A DNA stretch of 63,093 nt, filler included, from Licmophora abbreviata (taxonomy: Eukaryota), in assembly GCA_900291995.1 (NCBI GenBank). It is 10 parts of 10 records of this genome, joined end to end, with 100 filler letters (N's around TTAATTAATTAA, not from the genome) between each part and the next. Parts side by side here need not be neighbours in the genome. Positions count along the whole stretch, not along the records: positions 43,114 to 47,252 come from OLMU01004682.1; positions 47,353 to 53,118 come from OLMU01004683.1; positions 53,219 to 58,767 come from OLMU01004685.1; positions 58,868 to 59,885 come from OLMU01004686.1; 6 more parts are not named here. One strand, written 5' to 3'. Each line of letters starts with the position of its first letter. Position 1 is the first letter of the stretch. A program made the translations under genes and the position numbers. A model generated the notes under the pieces. That model was not told where the DNA came from. It ran no database searches and saw only the letters and a list, made by a program, of their open reading frames with translations. Positions 46,737 to 59,009 of this stretch are shown here, in pieces.

Positions 46737-48847
46737 ATGGGGATCACAGGAGTCATTCGACCACCGCCAGAGATTCGCGCTGTGGCGGACAAGACAGCCT
46801 TGTTTGTTGCCAAAAATGGGAGAGCGTTTGAAGATAAAATACTGAGAAGCGATAAAGGAAAGACTCCGAAGTTTGCGTTCTTGCACGGCACCAGCCCATT
46901 TCACGCTTACTACGAAGATCAGATCCGATTCTACGAAGAGGGTGGGAACGACGACGAAGAGGATACAAAGAAGAAATCCGCTGATGAGGAGAACGAGACA
47001 GAAGATGGAACAGATGAAAAACAGGAAGAACGGAAGCAAGAAAAGTCGCAAAAGGCCAGTGCAATGGACCCAGTCGCGCTTAGCTTGCTGTCGCAGCGAA
47101 ACAAGATTGCTGCTGTCCGAAAGGCCGGCGAGGTCCACAAGGACAGCGAGGAAAGTTCTGATCCTCCTCCGTCGGAAATAGTGAACCCCCCGGGATTGAA
47201 TTTCGTGATTGTTGTCGCACCAAATGTAGCACCGGTACAGCTCGAAACAATCNNNNNNNNNNNNNNNNNNNNNNNNNNNNNNNNNNNNNNNNNNNNTTAA
47301 TTAATTAANNNNNNNNNNNNNNNNNNNNNNNNNNNNNNNNNNNNNNNNNNNNAGTAGCGCAGTTTGTTGCGCTCGACGGAAAGGGTGGTCCGTTCATGAA
47401 AGAGCTGGCGATCCGCGAATGGTCGAATCCTACCTTTGCATTTTTGCAGCCCCGCCATGGGCACTTCGCTTACTTTTCCGCGCTTGTTGATGGGTATAGG
47501 CGGATAATATCCACGTGGACCCAGAGCGATGGGGCCGACCTACCCCGGTCAATCGAGGAAAGCTTGGACGGCGCGGCCTATAGAGCCGAGTACGAACGAG
47601 ACGCTGCAGAACGTCAACGACTGCAGGAAGAAGGTGGCGAGGCTTCGGGTGTTGCACTCATTGACTGGCATGACTTTGTTGTAGTCGAAATGATTGACTT
47701 TCCGATTGCAGAAGTCGTTCAGACTTCGCTGCCGCCACCCGCACATTCTGCCGCCGCCGCGGACGAAGGAATGGAAGAATCTGATGAAGAAGGCGAGGCA
47801 ATTCGTGTTGTACCAAGCTATGAGCCTAAGGTGGTGTCAACGCAGAGTGTTGCCGCCGATGCTTCGCGCACGCATGTGATTGATCCCTTAACCGGGAAGA
47901 GCGTGAGGATCGGCGACATGCCGGAGCACATGAGGATTCAGCTTCTGGATCCAAAGTGGGCGGAGGAGAGAAAGAAGTTTCTGGATAAGCAGAAAGATAG
48001 CAATCTTGTGGAGGGCGACATGATTGCAAGCAACATATCTCGATTCGCGCAAGCCCGTGGCGATCTTTTCGGTGCATCGGTACGTTTGTGTTCGCGACAA
48101 ATGATGTTGTACAACTTATGTTTTTGTCTTATCCTCAACACGTCTTGTATTGGTTACATGTAGGGGGACGACCTTTCTAGTCAAGATGCCGAGTCCAGGA
48201 AACGGCTAGACGAGGCGAATCGTTTGATCCGAGAACAATCTCAGTCTGGTCCGACGCTCCCTCCCCCGATGCCCGCACCGATGACTGCAGCCAACCAATC
48301 GGGTCTGGCCCGTCCACCTCCCCGAGACGAATATGCCAACCAATTGGCACCCCCACCGAAGAAAGCAAGAATCGACGAACCTACATCTTTCGGTTTGCCT
48401 GCACCGCCTCCGCCTCCTATCGGGTTGCCACCACCTCCAAATGGTTTGCCGCCGCCGCCGCTGCCCCCGACACCTGATCAACAGCCACCATCGACAGCAG
48501 ACGACGCACCGAAGGAAGCGTCGGCGAATGTCATGCCCCCAGCAGAGTTTGCTGCTTCGCTGGCTTCGCCAACTGTGACGCTGTCCATTCAAATTCCACG
48601 CGATGCGTCTAACGCGACATGGAAATTCAACGGTCAACTCGTGGAACTCTCGGTTGACGTTATGTCCAATGTGAAAGCGATCAAGGGGGAGCTCAAGTCG
48701 CACCTTGGAGACATTCCACTAAACAAGATACAACTCAAAGATGGCGAAAGCGGATTTCTCAAGGACAACCAGACGCTGGCGCAGCTCAATATCGGGCCAA
48801 CGGCTGATCTCGAGATGAGGGCCAAAAGCCGCGGCGGGCGAAAGTAG
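46737..48847 (+). CDS. SF3A1: Splicing factor 3A subunit 1 (Prp21), split by gap
   Basis: SURP1 (GVIRPPPEIRAVADKTALFVAKNG), SURP2 across the spacer, IDWHDFVVVEMIDF, EHMRIQLLDPKW and C-terminal ubiquitin-like domain ending KSRGGRK; intron 48080-48163. Confidence 0.95.
47253..47352. other. Artificial spacer inside SF3A1
   Basis: 44 N + TTAATTAATTAA + 44 N. Confidence 0.99.
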
Positions 48848-49791
48848 ACTCTGCATACACGACATTCTAAGCTAGTCTATCGGTACACAATGTATTAAGC
48901 TAGGGGGAGAGTACAGTGGTTGTTGCATTACCGATGCCGTTTGGAACGATACAGCGTGTGCAAGCGAGATGATATCACGTCCAGTAGGACGAGTTGTCCC
49001 AAACGGATGAGTACGCAATGATTAGATGAAGGCAACAGACTAGCTGGGGACAAGCCCATCTAGAAAAGATGGGCGAAGACAAGAACAAAAACGAGTGAGA
49101 TCAACTGACGCATCAACACGCTCGAATATAAGTTTCGTCCGTGTGAAAGAAAATGTGGTCGTCGTTCAGAAGTTTAGGAATCAAAAGCTTTCTACATCGC
49201 CCATTTTGGGCTCGTAGTGAGCTGGGTGGGGTCATCAATACGATTCAAACAAGCGGTATGAAAACGCAAGGCTCATTTCTTACATTCATTGTTGAGAAAT
49301 CGCGTTGTGTACGCGTTTCGCTTCCTGTATAATACGTTGAGACGATACGGATTTAGGGGCGTGAGTAGGTACTGCCAGACAATCCAAAACAGTGACTTGG
49401 AGCGTTCGCATAGGTGTCGATCATGACAATAATTTACTTGAATGTTTCTCTTCAAGAAAAAAATTTCAGCCTGGGGCGGCATCCATCCAAGGAGGATAAT
49501 CATCTCGACAAGAAGTGCTGAGGCTCGGAGCTCGGTCAAGACTTACCATGAGACAAAATTGTAAGTACTCAAGCTAACTACTAGGTCATTCTGAATGAAA
49601 GGAAAGAGTGGACCAGAGAAATAAAAATGAGAGTCTCTTGCAACCACTAAGGTCATGAACTCAACACTCCCCACTTGACATCGTCGTGAGTCAGTGTAAC
49701 TATGACAATATACCCGCCATTGCAAAAACATGGAACGAGCAGCGACAGAACGTCAATGCCACATTCCGAAACGAGACCGAAAGTCCCGCCG

Positions 49792-50208
49792 CTACAGAAA
49801 TTTACACTTTGTTGTCATCATTCTCATGATCTTGTGCCATGGACGTTCGATCCGATGGTTGTATGGAGTTGGATTCATCATGCGCTCGTACGGTCGATGA
49901 ACCGACGACATCAAGAAGGGGAATCCGATATCCTCTCTGTATCGTCCTTTCGAGCGTCTTGCTGCAATTTCTGGAGGTGAGGTCTTACCTTGCTGCCATG
50001 TGTCATTTCCCTCATTGGCTTTTGCGCAGCAGTCTGTCCAAGCCTTGACGGCCGGGGCTATGCAAGACTTGTCGTCATCGGTCGCCTCCCGAATCCTGTC
50101 GACGCAGGCAACCAGAGCTTCCTGCTGGGCGGCGCACTGCACCTCACAGCGAGACCTGACAATGTCTTTCGTTCCGGACGTCGAAACAGAAGAGTCTGGC
50201 TCACTCAT
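49792..50208 (-). CDS. Small twin-Cys helical-hairpin protein (Qcr6/CHCH-like)
   Basis: C-x3-C-x9-C-x13-C-x10-CC pattern; 3' end uncertain (donor-like AAG|GTAAGA near 49988). Confidence 0.5.
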   Translation of the reverse strand: MSEPDSSVSTSGTKDIVRSRCEVQCAAQQEALVACVDRIREATDDDKSCIAPAVKAWTDCCAKANEGNDTWQQGKTSPPEIAARRSKGRYREDIGFPFLMSSVHRPYERMMNPTPYNHRIERPWHKIMRMMTTKCKFL

Positions 50209-50528
50209 ACTGGGGCGCAATTGACGAAAGACGTGACCTTGAACGAAGGATTTATGGGTTTGTCAGCGCGTCAGCGAGGTGAACCCCTCGATTGTACTTC
50301 GGCTATCACTCTGGTTGTGCTTGATAGTTTGAGGAGGTCCACAAAGTTGTTCTCCGCTCTCTGTGGGATGCCTCTGCTTCCCGGTGAACACTCGTCATTT
50401 TATGTTCAATGTGTGGTGTTGACGGCGAGATTGACCATGTGTTGGTGGGTGTGTTGGCGCACACTTTTTTCAGGCAAAAATTCGTGGCCCAGAATGAATT
50501 TCAAATTGCACACAACATCACTCACACA

Positions 50529-51188
50529 ATGACGGACGTACCGGCGTCGTCTTCGTATCAAGAAGATCAGACAATATGCGGGGACTGCCCTAACCCTTCT
50601 GACGAAGCCATTCGCTTGGCACCATTCAATCCAACTTGCACCGATGCTCAAGACATTGCCCTTGAATTGTTGTCGCTTCAAACGAACGACGTACTCTTTG
50701 ATTTGGGCTGTGGCGACGGTCGTTTTCTAATCGCCGCCGCAGGACAGACGCCCGGCTTGCGATGTGTGGGCATTGAACTAGACCCAGTGTATGCGTCAAG
50801 GGCAGTTAGTTCAGTGGAGGAAATGCCGTCTCCAATTAAGGAGCATATTGAAATTCGACGAGGCGATGCCTTAGACAAGGAGATCCAGGACCCTGACGAT
50901 GCTCCGTCGCTACAACGTGACGCGACGGCAATCTTTCTTTACCTAGTTCCAACTGGACTCGAAGCTATGAAACCAATACTGGACCAAATGAGACGCCAAA
51001 AGAGAAAGGAAGGTCCGCCCTTGCGCATCGTGACTTACATGTTTTGCTTGCGAGGTTGGGAACCGTCTCGCGTGGAGCGAACACGTGGAGCCCATTGTCC
51101 CTTGTACCTTTATGTAACGGGGACCAGTGTTGAAGCGACAGGAGACATACCAAATGCTTCGATTTGTAGATTTGACCTAGCTAGATAA
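50529..51188 (+). CDS. Class I SAM methyltransferase (FAM173/ANTKMT-like)
   Basis: LAPFNPT, DVLFDLGCGDGRFL, CVGIELD, ATAIFLYLVP and RIVTYMF motifs. Confidence 0.85.
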   Translation: MTDVPASSSYQEDQTICGDCPNPSDEAIRLAPFNPTCTDAQDIALELLSLQTNDVLFDLGCGDGRFLIAAAGQTPGLRCVGIELDPVYASRAVSSVEEMPSPIKEHIEIRRGDALDKEIQDPDDAPSLQRDATAIFLYLVPTGLEAMKPILDQMRRQKRKEGPPLRIVTYMFCLRGWEPSRVERTRGAHCPLYLYVTGTSVEATGDIPNASICRFDLAR

Positions 51189-51251
51189 CCACGTGCATTT
51201 GTTTAGGTCTAAATAATAGCAAAAAGTACTCCTCAGAAAACAAAAGTGTGT

Positions 51252-51331
51252 TGACACCAGTGGGGTTCGAACCCACGCCAATTAAGAACACGACCTGAAC
51301 GTGCCGCCTTAGACCGCTCGGCCATAGTGTC
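51252..51331 (-). tRNA. tRNA-Leu(CAG)
   Basis: GACACTA acceptor stem; D arm GCCGAGCGGTCTAAGGC; anticodon arm GCACG-TTCAGGT-CGTGT; T arm GTGGG-TTCGAAC-CCCAC. No encoded CCA; T-runs downstream (Pol III terminator). Confidence 0.93.
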
Positions 51332-51438
51332 TTTATCATGTTGAAAGGCGTAGTTGACTATTTATTTTCTACATTATTTGGGGTACAGAGACGACTTGGC
51401 AGCGACCACCGAAACATCTCAGAGCACAACATCTGACC

Positions 51439-52314
51439 ATGGTGTGGCGAAGACTGTTCCCGTCGGAGGGGGGTGGAACCATTCGGCGATGGGCTCGATT
51501 GCAGAAAACGCTTTTTGAAAAGTCTATGGATACAGACCATCTTCTCAAGGGGCCCTTGACACTGTACGATTTTAGTCTACACGACGATGCCGTCGACGCA
51601 TCCAAAATGCAAGGTGCTGCCAAGCACGATGGGTGGAGAACTGCCGATGACGAGGTTATAGGCGGGTTTTCGCGCGGAAAAGCTGTCTTGATACATACGG
51701 TTAGTGATTACGATCGACACAAAAGAGGAGAAGGGTCTGCTCCCTTTCCACCGGTGGATACACCTGCCGAGCCAATAAAAGGCGACGGTATCGGTGACGA
51801 AGCATCATTCATGCCGTTCATACGATGGCGAGGCAGGATTGACACACGAGTAGGGGAGACTAGCAAGGCGGCTAGATCAGGCTTCTCTGCCATACGTGCC
51901 CCTGAGTTTCCTTTTGGAGGGGCAAATATTGGCAACAGGTACAACGCGCTGGAGTTCACCTGTCGTACGGACGGGCGAGCGTACACTGTGAATCTCAAAG
52001 TGTCGAGCTACTTTCCCGATGATCTCTATCAGCACTTTATTGACGTCCCCCAGACACATGAAGTGGACTCAGTTGATACGGTTGGGGAGTTCGCCAGAGT
52101 TGTTTTACCTTTTCGAGATTTTGTACTGACGTCCGCGGGACGTGTTATAGAAACGCAACGCGAGCTGGACGGTGGAGTAAAGATAGAAACAATCGGGATC
52201 ACGCTCATGGATGGGAAAGACGGAGATTTTCAATTTGATCTTGCAAGGATTAGGGCAGTAAACTTCTACCACGATGAAATACTAGGCGAGGACGACGAGG
52301 AAGCTCCATACTAG
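51439..52314 (+). CDS. NDUFAF1: Complex I assembly factor CIA30
   Basis: WRTADDEVIGGFS, RSGFSAIR, RTDGRAYTVNL, LPFRDFVLTSAGR and DGDFQFDLARI motifs. Confidence 0.9.
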   Translation: MVWRRLFPSEGGGTIRRWARLQKTLFEKSMDTDHLLKGPLTLYDFSLHDDAVDASKMQGAAKHDGWRTADDEVIGGFSRGKAVLIHTVSDYDRHKRGEGSAPFPPVDTPAEPIKGDGIGDEASFMPFIRWRGRIDTRVGETSKAARSGFSAIRAPEFPFGGANIGNRYNALEFTCRTDGRAYTVNLKVSSYFPDDLYQHFIDVPQTHEVDSVDTVGEFARVVLPFRDFVLTSAGRVIETQRELDGGVKIETIGITLMDGKDGDFQFDLARIRAVNFYHDEILGEDDEEAPY

Positions 52315-52391
52315 CTTCTGCACGTCAAAACTCCAAAATAAGTCCAAACCAAATATTCATTCTATTGTTGGTCTAACTTGACAGCTGCATT

Positions 52392-53118
52392 CTAGTAGCT
52401 GGGACTGCTGGGTAGTGAGAGCGTGGACTTTAGCATGAATGAGAGATCCGGAACTTGGCTAATGAACTGCTGCGCTGTGGTTGACGCTGGCAAAGACCTA
52501 GTCGTGTTGTCTACTGCAGTCATTGATACGTCTGCGCCGGCTAGACGACGAGGCCTGGTGGTAGAAGCAGATGAACATCGAAGCGGCGGTAAAGCGACGA
52601 CCGTGCCGGAAGAAGACATAGAACTACAAGCCTCGCTCGTTTCACGTTTCGAATCCGGTTTCACCTCGTCCTTTTCACTGGCGTGACTTGGCTCGATGTC
52701 AGCCGCCGGTATGGACATGGAAGTATGACGTTTCCGAGGTTGACTGATGCGCGACTCAACAGGCAGCCCGCCCGTCCCAAAGGAATAGACGCCGTTAGGC
52801 CACACACTCTCTTCGTGAACAACAACTCGAGGACTCGAACTGCCTAATGGTTCGTCTGTCGACAGGAGTGACCGGAGAGCTGCCTCTGGCCAGACAGGAT
52901 TCACATCGCCTCCAGATTCGACGCGCATTCGAGCCTGGGAGAAAGGGTGTGAATGCGAATTTGAGGAAAGATATGAAACCGATCACGAGTCGGCTTTCAG
53001 CACAAGACTTACCAGCAAATCTTCGACTGGCACTGCCGTTCGTGTGCCCTTTTCCTGGTTATCATGGATGTTGGATGGTGCCGCGTTTCCATCAAATATC
53101 TCAGCGAATAATATCTCC
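52392..53118 (-). CDS. Hypothetical protein, 3' part (5' lost in gap)
   Basis: 178-codon open terminal exon after an acceptor-like pyrimidine tract; no family recognised. Confidence 0.4.
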
Positions 53119-53218
53119 NNNNNNNNNNNNNNNNNNNNNNNNNNNNNNNNNNNNNNNNNNNNTTAATTAATTAANNNNNNNNNNNNNNNNNNNNNNNNNN
53201 NNNNNNNNNNNNNNNNNN
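53119..53218. other. Artificial contig/scaffold spacer
   Basis: 44 N + TTAATTAATTAA + 44 N. Confidence 0.99.
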
Positions 53219-53351
53219 AAAAACACGTCTGACCGCCTGTATTGTTGGCACAAATTCGGGGTTTCAAGATGATGAGTGCGACTGATGATGACCATATACA
53301 TGAGGGCCAACGCGACGAACCAACGTTGTAGCACAGAAGTGACGCTTTCCC

Positions 53352-55277
53352 ATGAAGAAAGGGACACCAGAAGACAAGAATGCTCCTGTTAAGAAAGCAT
53401 ATAGCACCCCTGAGCCTCCAGGCGGAAGTAATGCTTTCGATGTCCTCATGCACTCAAGAAAGCGGAAGGCGTCATCGTCAGCGTCAGCCGGAAGCAGTGC
53501 TAGCCGCTTTGTGCCGTGCCCCGCGGGCTGCGGATCTCATGTAATGGAAAGCGAGATCAATACACATCTGGATCTTTGTCTTGGGGGAAATTCGAATCAG
53601 GAGCTAGATAAGAAGAAGACGGGTAGTGGTGTGTATAACGAATCGTCGGGGTCGAGAAAGGTAGCCAGCAAGCCCTGCGAGGATGGCGTTGGCGCTGCTC
53701 CGCTTATTCCGCCGGTGTCGACTCCAACGACTGGGCTGTCGGATCGACCGAATGCCTTTGCAAAAATGATGCAAGAGAGCAAGCGCGTATTCGCCAATTC
53801 CAATCTCCAGCCTCAACGTTATCGCTTTCATTTGCACCAGAATGACCGGCTTTCGTTGGTTGACATGGATTCTGCTTCTGTTGCGGAAGGCAACGTGCTC
53901 AATCCTGGGATGGATGCACAATCAGAAGGTCTAGAAGCAGCGGAATGGACCGCGACGGTCGTTCTAAAAGGAACTCGAATGCAATCTTTGAAGGAAAAGG
54001 AGGAGTCAGAGGATCGCGTCGCTCCCCGAGACATTGAGCTTACAATGAGTTCATCCATTCCAAGTGCATCTATGTCGAGTACGCGGCGACTGGTTCGACA
54101 TCATTCTCGGCTATCTGTGAGTATGCTCGGAACCTACTATGAGCTTCTTAGTGCTTTTTTGGGGTCTCAACACCCGCAACTTCTGATGGACTAAACAGGT
54201 TCCAGTGCTCAAATCGATACTGCAGAAGTCTATCCGACGAAGACGTCCTCTGCCGGCCGCTCGCGTTGCCATGGAGCTGGTAGACAAGGCGCTAGGCGAA
54301 CTCCTTCGGCGTCTCCCCATCATTATCTTGGAAGATTCGACATTGCATCCAGGGCTTCCTCTTGTCGTGTGGCTCATGGTGGCGGAAAGCAAGGTGAGCT
54401 GTTCACGATTTTCGTGCTGGCGCCAATTGAAATTGCAGAAGTTTTTACCAAATTTTTACTTACACGTTGCGTCTTTGGTCACTAGGACTACGTGCCTCCA
54501 ACCCAGCTCCTGCTCAGTGTCCTTCAAATTGTTTTTGAAACTGCCTCGTGTCCTTGGATGGACCACTTAGACGACACATCTCCGATCGACGCCAGAGAAA
54601 CACAGGCAGCTCCAATCGGCTTCTTCGGCAGCGACCATCCGATACACTGTACCTCTTTGGTCCGATCACTTCTTATACGAACCTCCTACGGCGGCATGAA
54701 AGGCGACATGGAAATGTTACATGACTACGTACGCCGTTGGAGTCATCGTTTTGGAAACCCCGAGGTATCGCCGCGAATGAGGGAAAGGCTTTCCTTGAAG
54801 AGTACTGACGATAATTGGTGCAACATCCCACAAAATATTCATCAGCGGTCTCAGGCGCAGAGTCTAGCGAAGCTTGAGCCACTAATTGCCCGAGGTGTCG
54901 AGAAACTGACGGTTGCTGATATCTGCCTTGAGGGCGTTGATTTCCATTGTTCGCCTGTTTTGGATCACCTCCTTGCGAATGCTTTTTTCGTCTCTGCTTG
55001 CAGTCGCCAACTGTCGAATGTTGTATCCCTTCCTCCTATGCCGCACGCTAATGACCTGCGACGATCTTGGCTATTGGGAATACTGAAACGTTGCATGTGG
55101 GAATACTCTTCAGGCGTTAATTTTCGACTGTCTCTTGTAGACGCGACGGCATCATCACCGGGCAAGCCAAAGAAGACGGCGCCCGCGGAACCTCTTGAAG
55201 CCTTCTGGAAAGATCACGTCGCTGACAGAGTGGAATCATATGCGAGGAATTATATTTCGGATAGACTGGCACGTTGA
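53352..55277 (+). CDS. UBZ4-type zinc finger protein with MgsA/WRNIP1-like helical motif, 3 exons
   Basis: VPCPAGC...[22 protein letters not shown]...[12 protein letters not shown]; introns ~54118-54199 and ~54393-54486. Confidence 0.65.
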
Positions 55278-55586
55278 CAATAAGATGGATCTTGTATTTC
55301 GAGAGTTAACTACACTCCCTGTGCTTACAATTATATTAGGTGCATACTTGTCTAGAGATCTGTTGACAGCGATGTCGAAGTGCTTGCTTGTTATGCCGTG
55401 AGATTCTTGTTTTAAATATCTGCAGTTCATCATCGGAGGCAAGATGAGCGGGGACACCGAGTCAACGCATTGATTTCCGGCAACACGAATAGTTCAAACG
55501 CATCCAGACAAAAGAAAAATTTGATGATTTGTATGACGCTGTCCGTCACAAGCGAAAGGTTCTGGCGTTGACGACTGCCGAGAAGA

Positions 55587-56816
55587 CTATGCACCATCCA
55601 TCGATCTCTCCCCGCTTTCGCCTTCCATATTTTGTAATAGCGGCTCTCTTTGCAAAACAAGCAAGTCCGCTGGAAGAATAGGCTGCGACTCTCTCATGAC
55701 ATAGCGCGGCGATAGGGGCTCCCATCCGATGATGCCTACATATGAGTAGTCCAGCATGGCAATAATGGGCAAGATTTCGCAAACAAAAAAGAGGAGCAGG
55801 AGCACAAGAAATGACCAAAGCGGTGTGTGTGAATCCTGCAAGAGTTCAATTTTGTAGATAAAGACAAGTAGCGTTGCGACTCCCCAAACAATTCGAGTCG
55901 TCGACCACAGTGTCATGACGGCCGAGACTCTTTGAAAAGAGCGTCTGGATTGGTCCGACCGAAACGGGAAACCCTAAACGAAAGATGGACATTGCGTTTG
56001 AGGAAAAGTACGGGATTGATTCGCAAGTTCCAGCCGTCTTCTCTCACGTCTTACCGAGAACCGCACATTGAGAAAGACATATAATAGCAGCACCAGAAAC
56101 ACGGACGTGAAATTGGTACATGTAATGGCAGCGTAGACTATCGTGCGCAGAACCCAGTCGGAAGGAGCAAAGAAAATGCAAATGTACAATACGAGCTGCA
56201 TAGCATACAGTGCGGCATTGAAAATCATGTATCCAATCAGCCCTGCCTTTTTCCACTGCACCAGGTTCTCAGTCGTGAACCTCAGTTCCATGAAGAGCTC
56301 TAACCAAACAAGAGACAAAAGAACATAGGTCGACACAACGATACAATTCGGCAAGTCAAAGAGCTAAGGGTGCGAGGAAAGGGAAAAACGAGAGAACTCT
56401 TCACGGTTAGAAACCGAGAGCGACGACGAAGTGTGACAGCGTGGCTTGAGTCTGTAGGACAAAGAACTCACTACCATCATGGACTTGTCGTAAAAGTCTT
56501 GATTCTGTGAATCTGGTGGATGCAAAGAGTAATGTACACGAACATTAGCGATATTCATGGCTGCCACGCCTAGAATCGTCATGATGCGAAGGGCGCAGAC
56601 GACGCCGACACTCATCACCAAGAGCCGCTTGGTCGTCATGGTGGCAGGACGGAGTCTAGCCAGTTTTCGTCGTACTAGAAGTATACAGAACATGTAGAGA
56701 ACGGAAGCCATCAAAAGTGCGACTGTCAGCATGTCGACAGTGAATGTCACCGTGGGAGCGGGCCCATCATCGTGCAACCCGACCCGCCGGCGGTCCACCG
56801 CCATCATGGTCGACAT
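55587..56816 (-). CDS. THH1/TOM1/TOM3 (DUF1084, GPR137-like) multi-pass membrane protein, 3 exons
   Basis: About 7 hydrophobic segments; LFDLPNCIVVSTYVLLSLVW and FFVCEILP motifs. Confidence 0.7.
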
Positions 56817-57037
56817 CAGAGCTATTGTCTGTCATCGTCATGTCATTGATCAGACGGTCCGCTGTGCGCGCCGCGCGATGACGCATTTTATGACGCGACT
56901 TCAAAGCGGCCTATGGGGTGTCGCTTCAGCGCTTGTCCTCGTCATGATTGCCGTTCTCATCATTGTCAGCATACAGGATGATCAGTAAATCAGATAAGCA
57001 CAAGAGGCGACAACAGAGTCGGGTTCTGTCCAGAGTG

Positions 57038-58058
57038 ATGACAAACTCTTGTCTGATTGTCGCCCTATATCCAATTTCAGGCAGTCTGGCGCTTCAACAG
57101 CAACGCATAGCACCCCGGCGACGCTTGTTAGAGGCCGCTGCTTGGACGGCATCATCGTGGTGTTTGCTCGACCCGAAAGCGGCCAATGCGGCCAAGGGAG
57201 CTGCTGAGTATGACTTTGAATACTACATGCGCGATCTTCTTGGTGGAAACGCAAAGCAAGGGAACGTCGTCGCCTCAAAGCCTCCGCCAGCACCGGCACC
57301 TCGTGCACTGCAGGGTCCCTTGTTGCCTCTACTTCTCAACGACGACTGCAATCCGACATGTGTTCCGACACAGGCATTGCTTAAACAGGTAAAAAGCCTC
57401 AATCTCTCCCGAAGAAATCATGAGTCGAATGGAGGAATATAGATCGAAAGCGAGTCGAAGCTTTGTCGCACGAGCCCCATGGGCGTCGGAACACGTTGCC
57501 GACCAGTACTACTTTGACCTAACGAGCTACGCCTTGTGGCGAACGGCTGCAGACTTGATACCAGACTACCGACAACGGGACATCTTTGTACGAGACGTTG
57601 GACGCGGTATCTTGGAGCGAATGGTCGATCAGAAACTCGTCAGTACAAACCTGCTACCGAACAAAGACTCGTCTCTGGTGAGTACTGTTCCTTCCGTCCT
57701 TGAGGTGTTGAGACGATACCGAGATGCCAGGTACTGTAAGGGATTCCGGATTGGAGATGCAGAAAGAAGCGATGCTGTATTCGACGAACTAGACGATCAA
57801 GATATCCAGAGCGGTGCATCGGTCAACTGCTTGGTCAGTATTTACGAGCCTGCAACTTTGGGCGCGAGCTTACAGATCACCGGCGAGCAATCACGGTTCA
57901 CCCCTGAATATGTTGGTTCTACGCTAGCGGCTCTATGGGAAATTGCAGGACTGAAGGTCTCGTACGACACTTACTTCGTTGATCCCGAGTATCGACCAAA
58001 TCCGAAAGACTACTTTCCTGATGAGCAACTCTTGCAATTCACACTGACGAAGAACTGA
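57038..58058 (+). CDS. Putative thylakoid-lumen protein with an apparent frameshift
   Basis: Signal peptide (..GSLA|L), twin-Arg RRRLL and ANA|AKGAAEYDFEYY cleavage site; frame changes near 57389-57400. Confidence 0.6.
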
Positions 58059-58767
58059 GAGCTATCGACGCCAGGAGCGGGATAGAGTCAACGATGGCCG
58101 TGTTGGTCTTAGCCCTTTCATTTTTTGGATGTGTCGTGGATGCGCAATTGTAGACGGAAAGTGACGCCGTTGCCATGTTCTTCTTGATGGGCGCTGAAGA
58201 AGCACTAGAGAAGTCTACGTTCATGAAATCTTTCATAGGAGCAAAGGGATCGACTCGTGTGTATAGAAGACTCTGAATAGGCAGGTTTCATCCGCTGCCA
58301 TGCCTTTGCCTCGGCGCCCGATCGCCGTAGAATTCATCAGCGAAACTGTGAGATCGTAAACGGAAATGACGTTGAACACCACATCAGCAACGAGCGACAT
58401 CATCTTGGATCTAGCTCTTTGCCTCATCGCCATGGCTAACTTTCTGTAGCTAGAAGGAATCGCATGCGAAAATGGGAACGAACTATGTTCCCGGCAAGAT
58501 AGACTACGAGTATAGATAGAATATCGACGAGAGTTGCTGTGCCTGATGTGCTAGTTGACTGACTCCTTCGACTTGATGATGAAGTGCGCGGCATGTTGAA
58601 ATACTCGAGTGTGACGGTATATTGCCTAGCACTGGAGTAGGGTTCAGTGTTCAAAGGGTTCAAAAGATGTTGATAACGTTGTTGTTCGTTCGCTTTACTT
58701 GTTAAGATTATAAGCATAGTTTGCCCGAAAAATAGGTATCGAAAGTAGTGTGGAACAGGGCTGTCAA

Positions 58768-58867
58768 NNNNNNNNNNNNNNNNNNNNNNNNNNNNNNNNN
58801 NNNNNNNNNNNTTAATTAATTAANNNNNNNNNNNNNNNNNNNNNNNNNNNNNNNNNNNNNNNNNNNN
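58768..58867. other. Artificial contig/scaffold spacer
   Basis: 44 N + TTAATTAATTAA + 44 N. Confidence 0.99.
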
Positions 58868-59009
58868 CGCACGCGGAGGACCCCAGCAACCTTGATTATT
58901 CTCACAGGCGCACCAATGTCCTGTGATGTGAGATGGCGATCTCAGACATCTTCATCTATCATATCGTTTGATAGTCTCTCTATGATGGGGTCTCAGCTGC
59001 ACGCGTATC

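Noticed and set aside
48941..48954. TTGGAACGATACAG, identical to part of U6 snRNA
   Set aside because: The match stops before ACAGAGA is complete, there is no AGC/ISL, and no D box follows on the antisense strand; likely chance.
49929..49947. Antisense match to the U6 ACGATACAGAGA region (possible snoRNA guide)
   Set aside because: No properly spaced CTGA D box or terminal stem.
51252..51331. tRNA loop contains TTCA, suggesting tRNA-Sec or an opal suppressor
   Set aside because: Stem register places CAG at 34-36 with G37; 7-bp acceptor stem and Leu-type D loop.
58039..58594. Three chained short minus-strand ORFs with an ATGA overlap and similar SIPLL ends
   Set aside because: No recognisable family or consistent splice model; cannot be supported as a gene.
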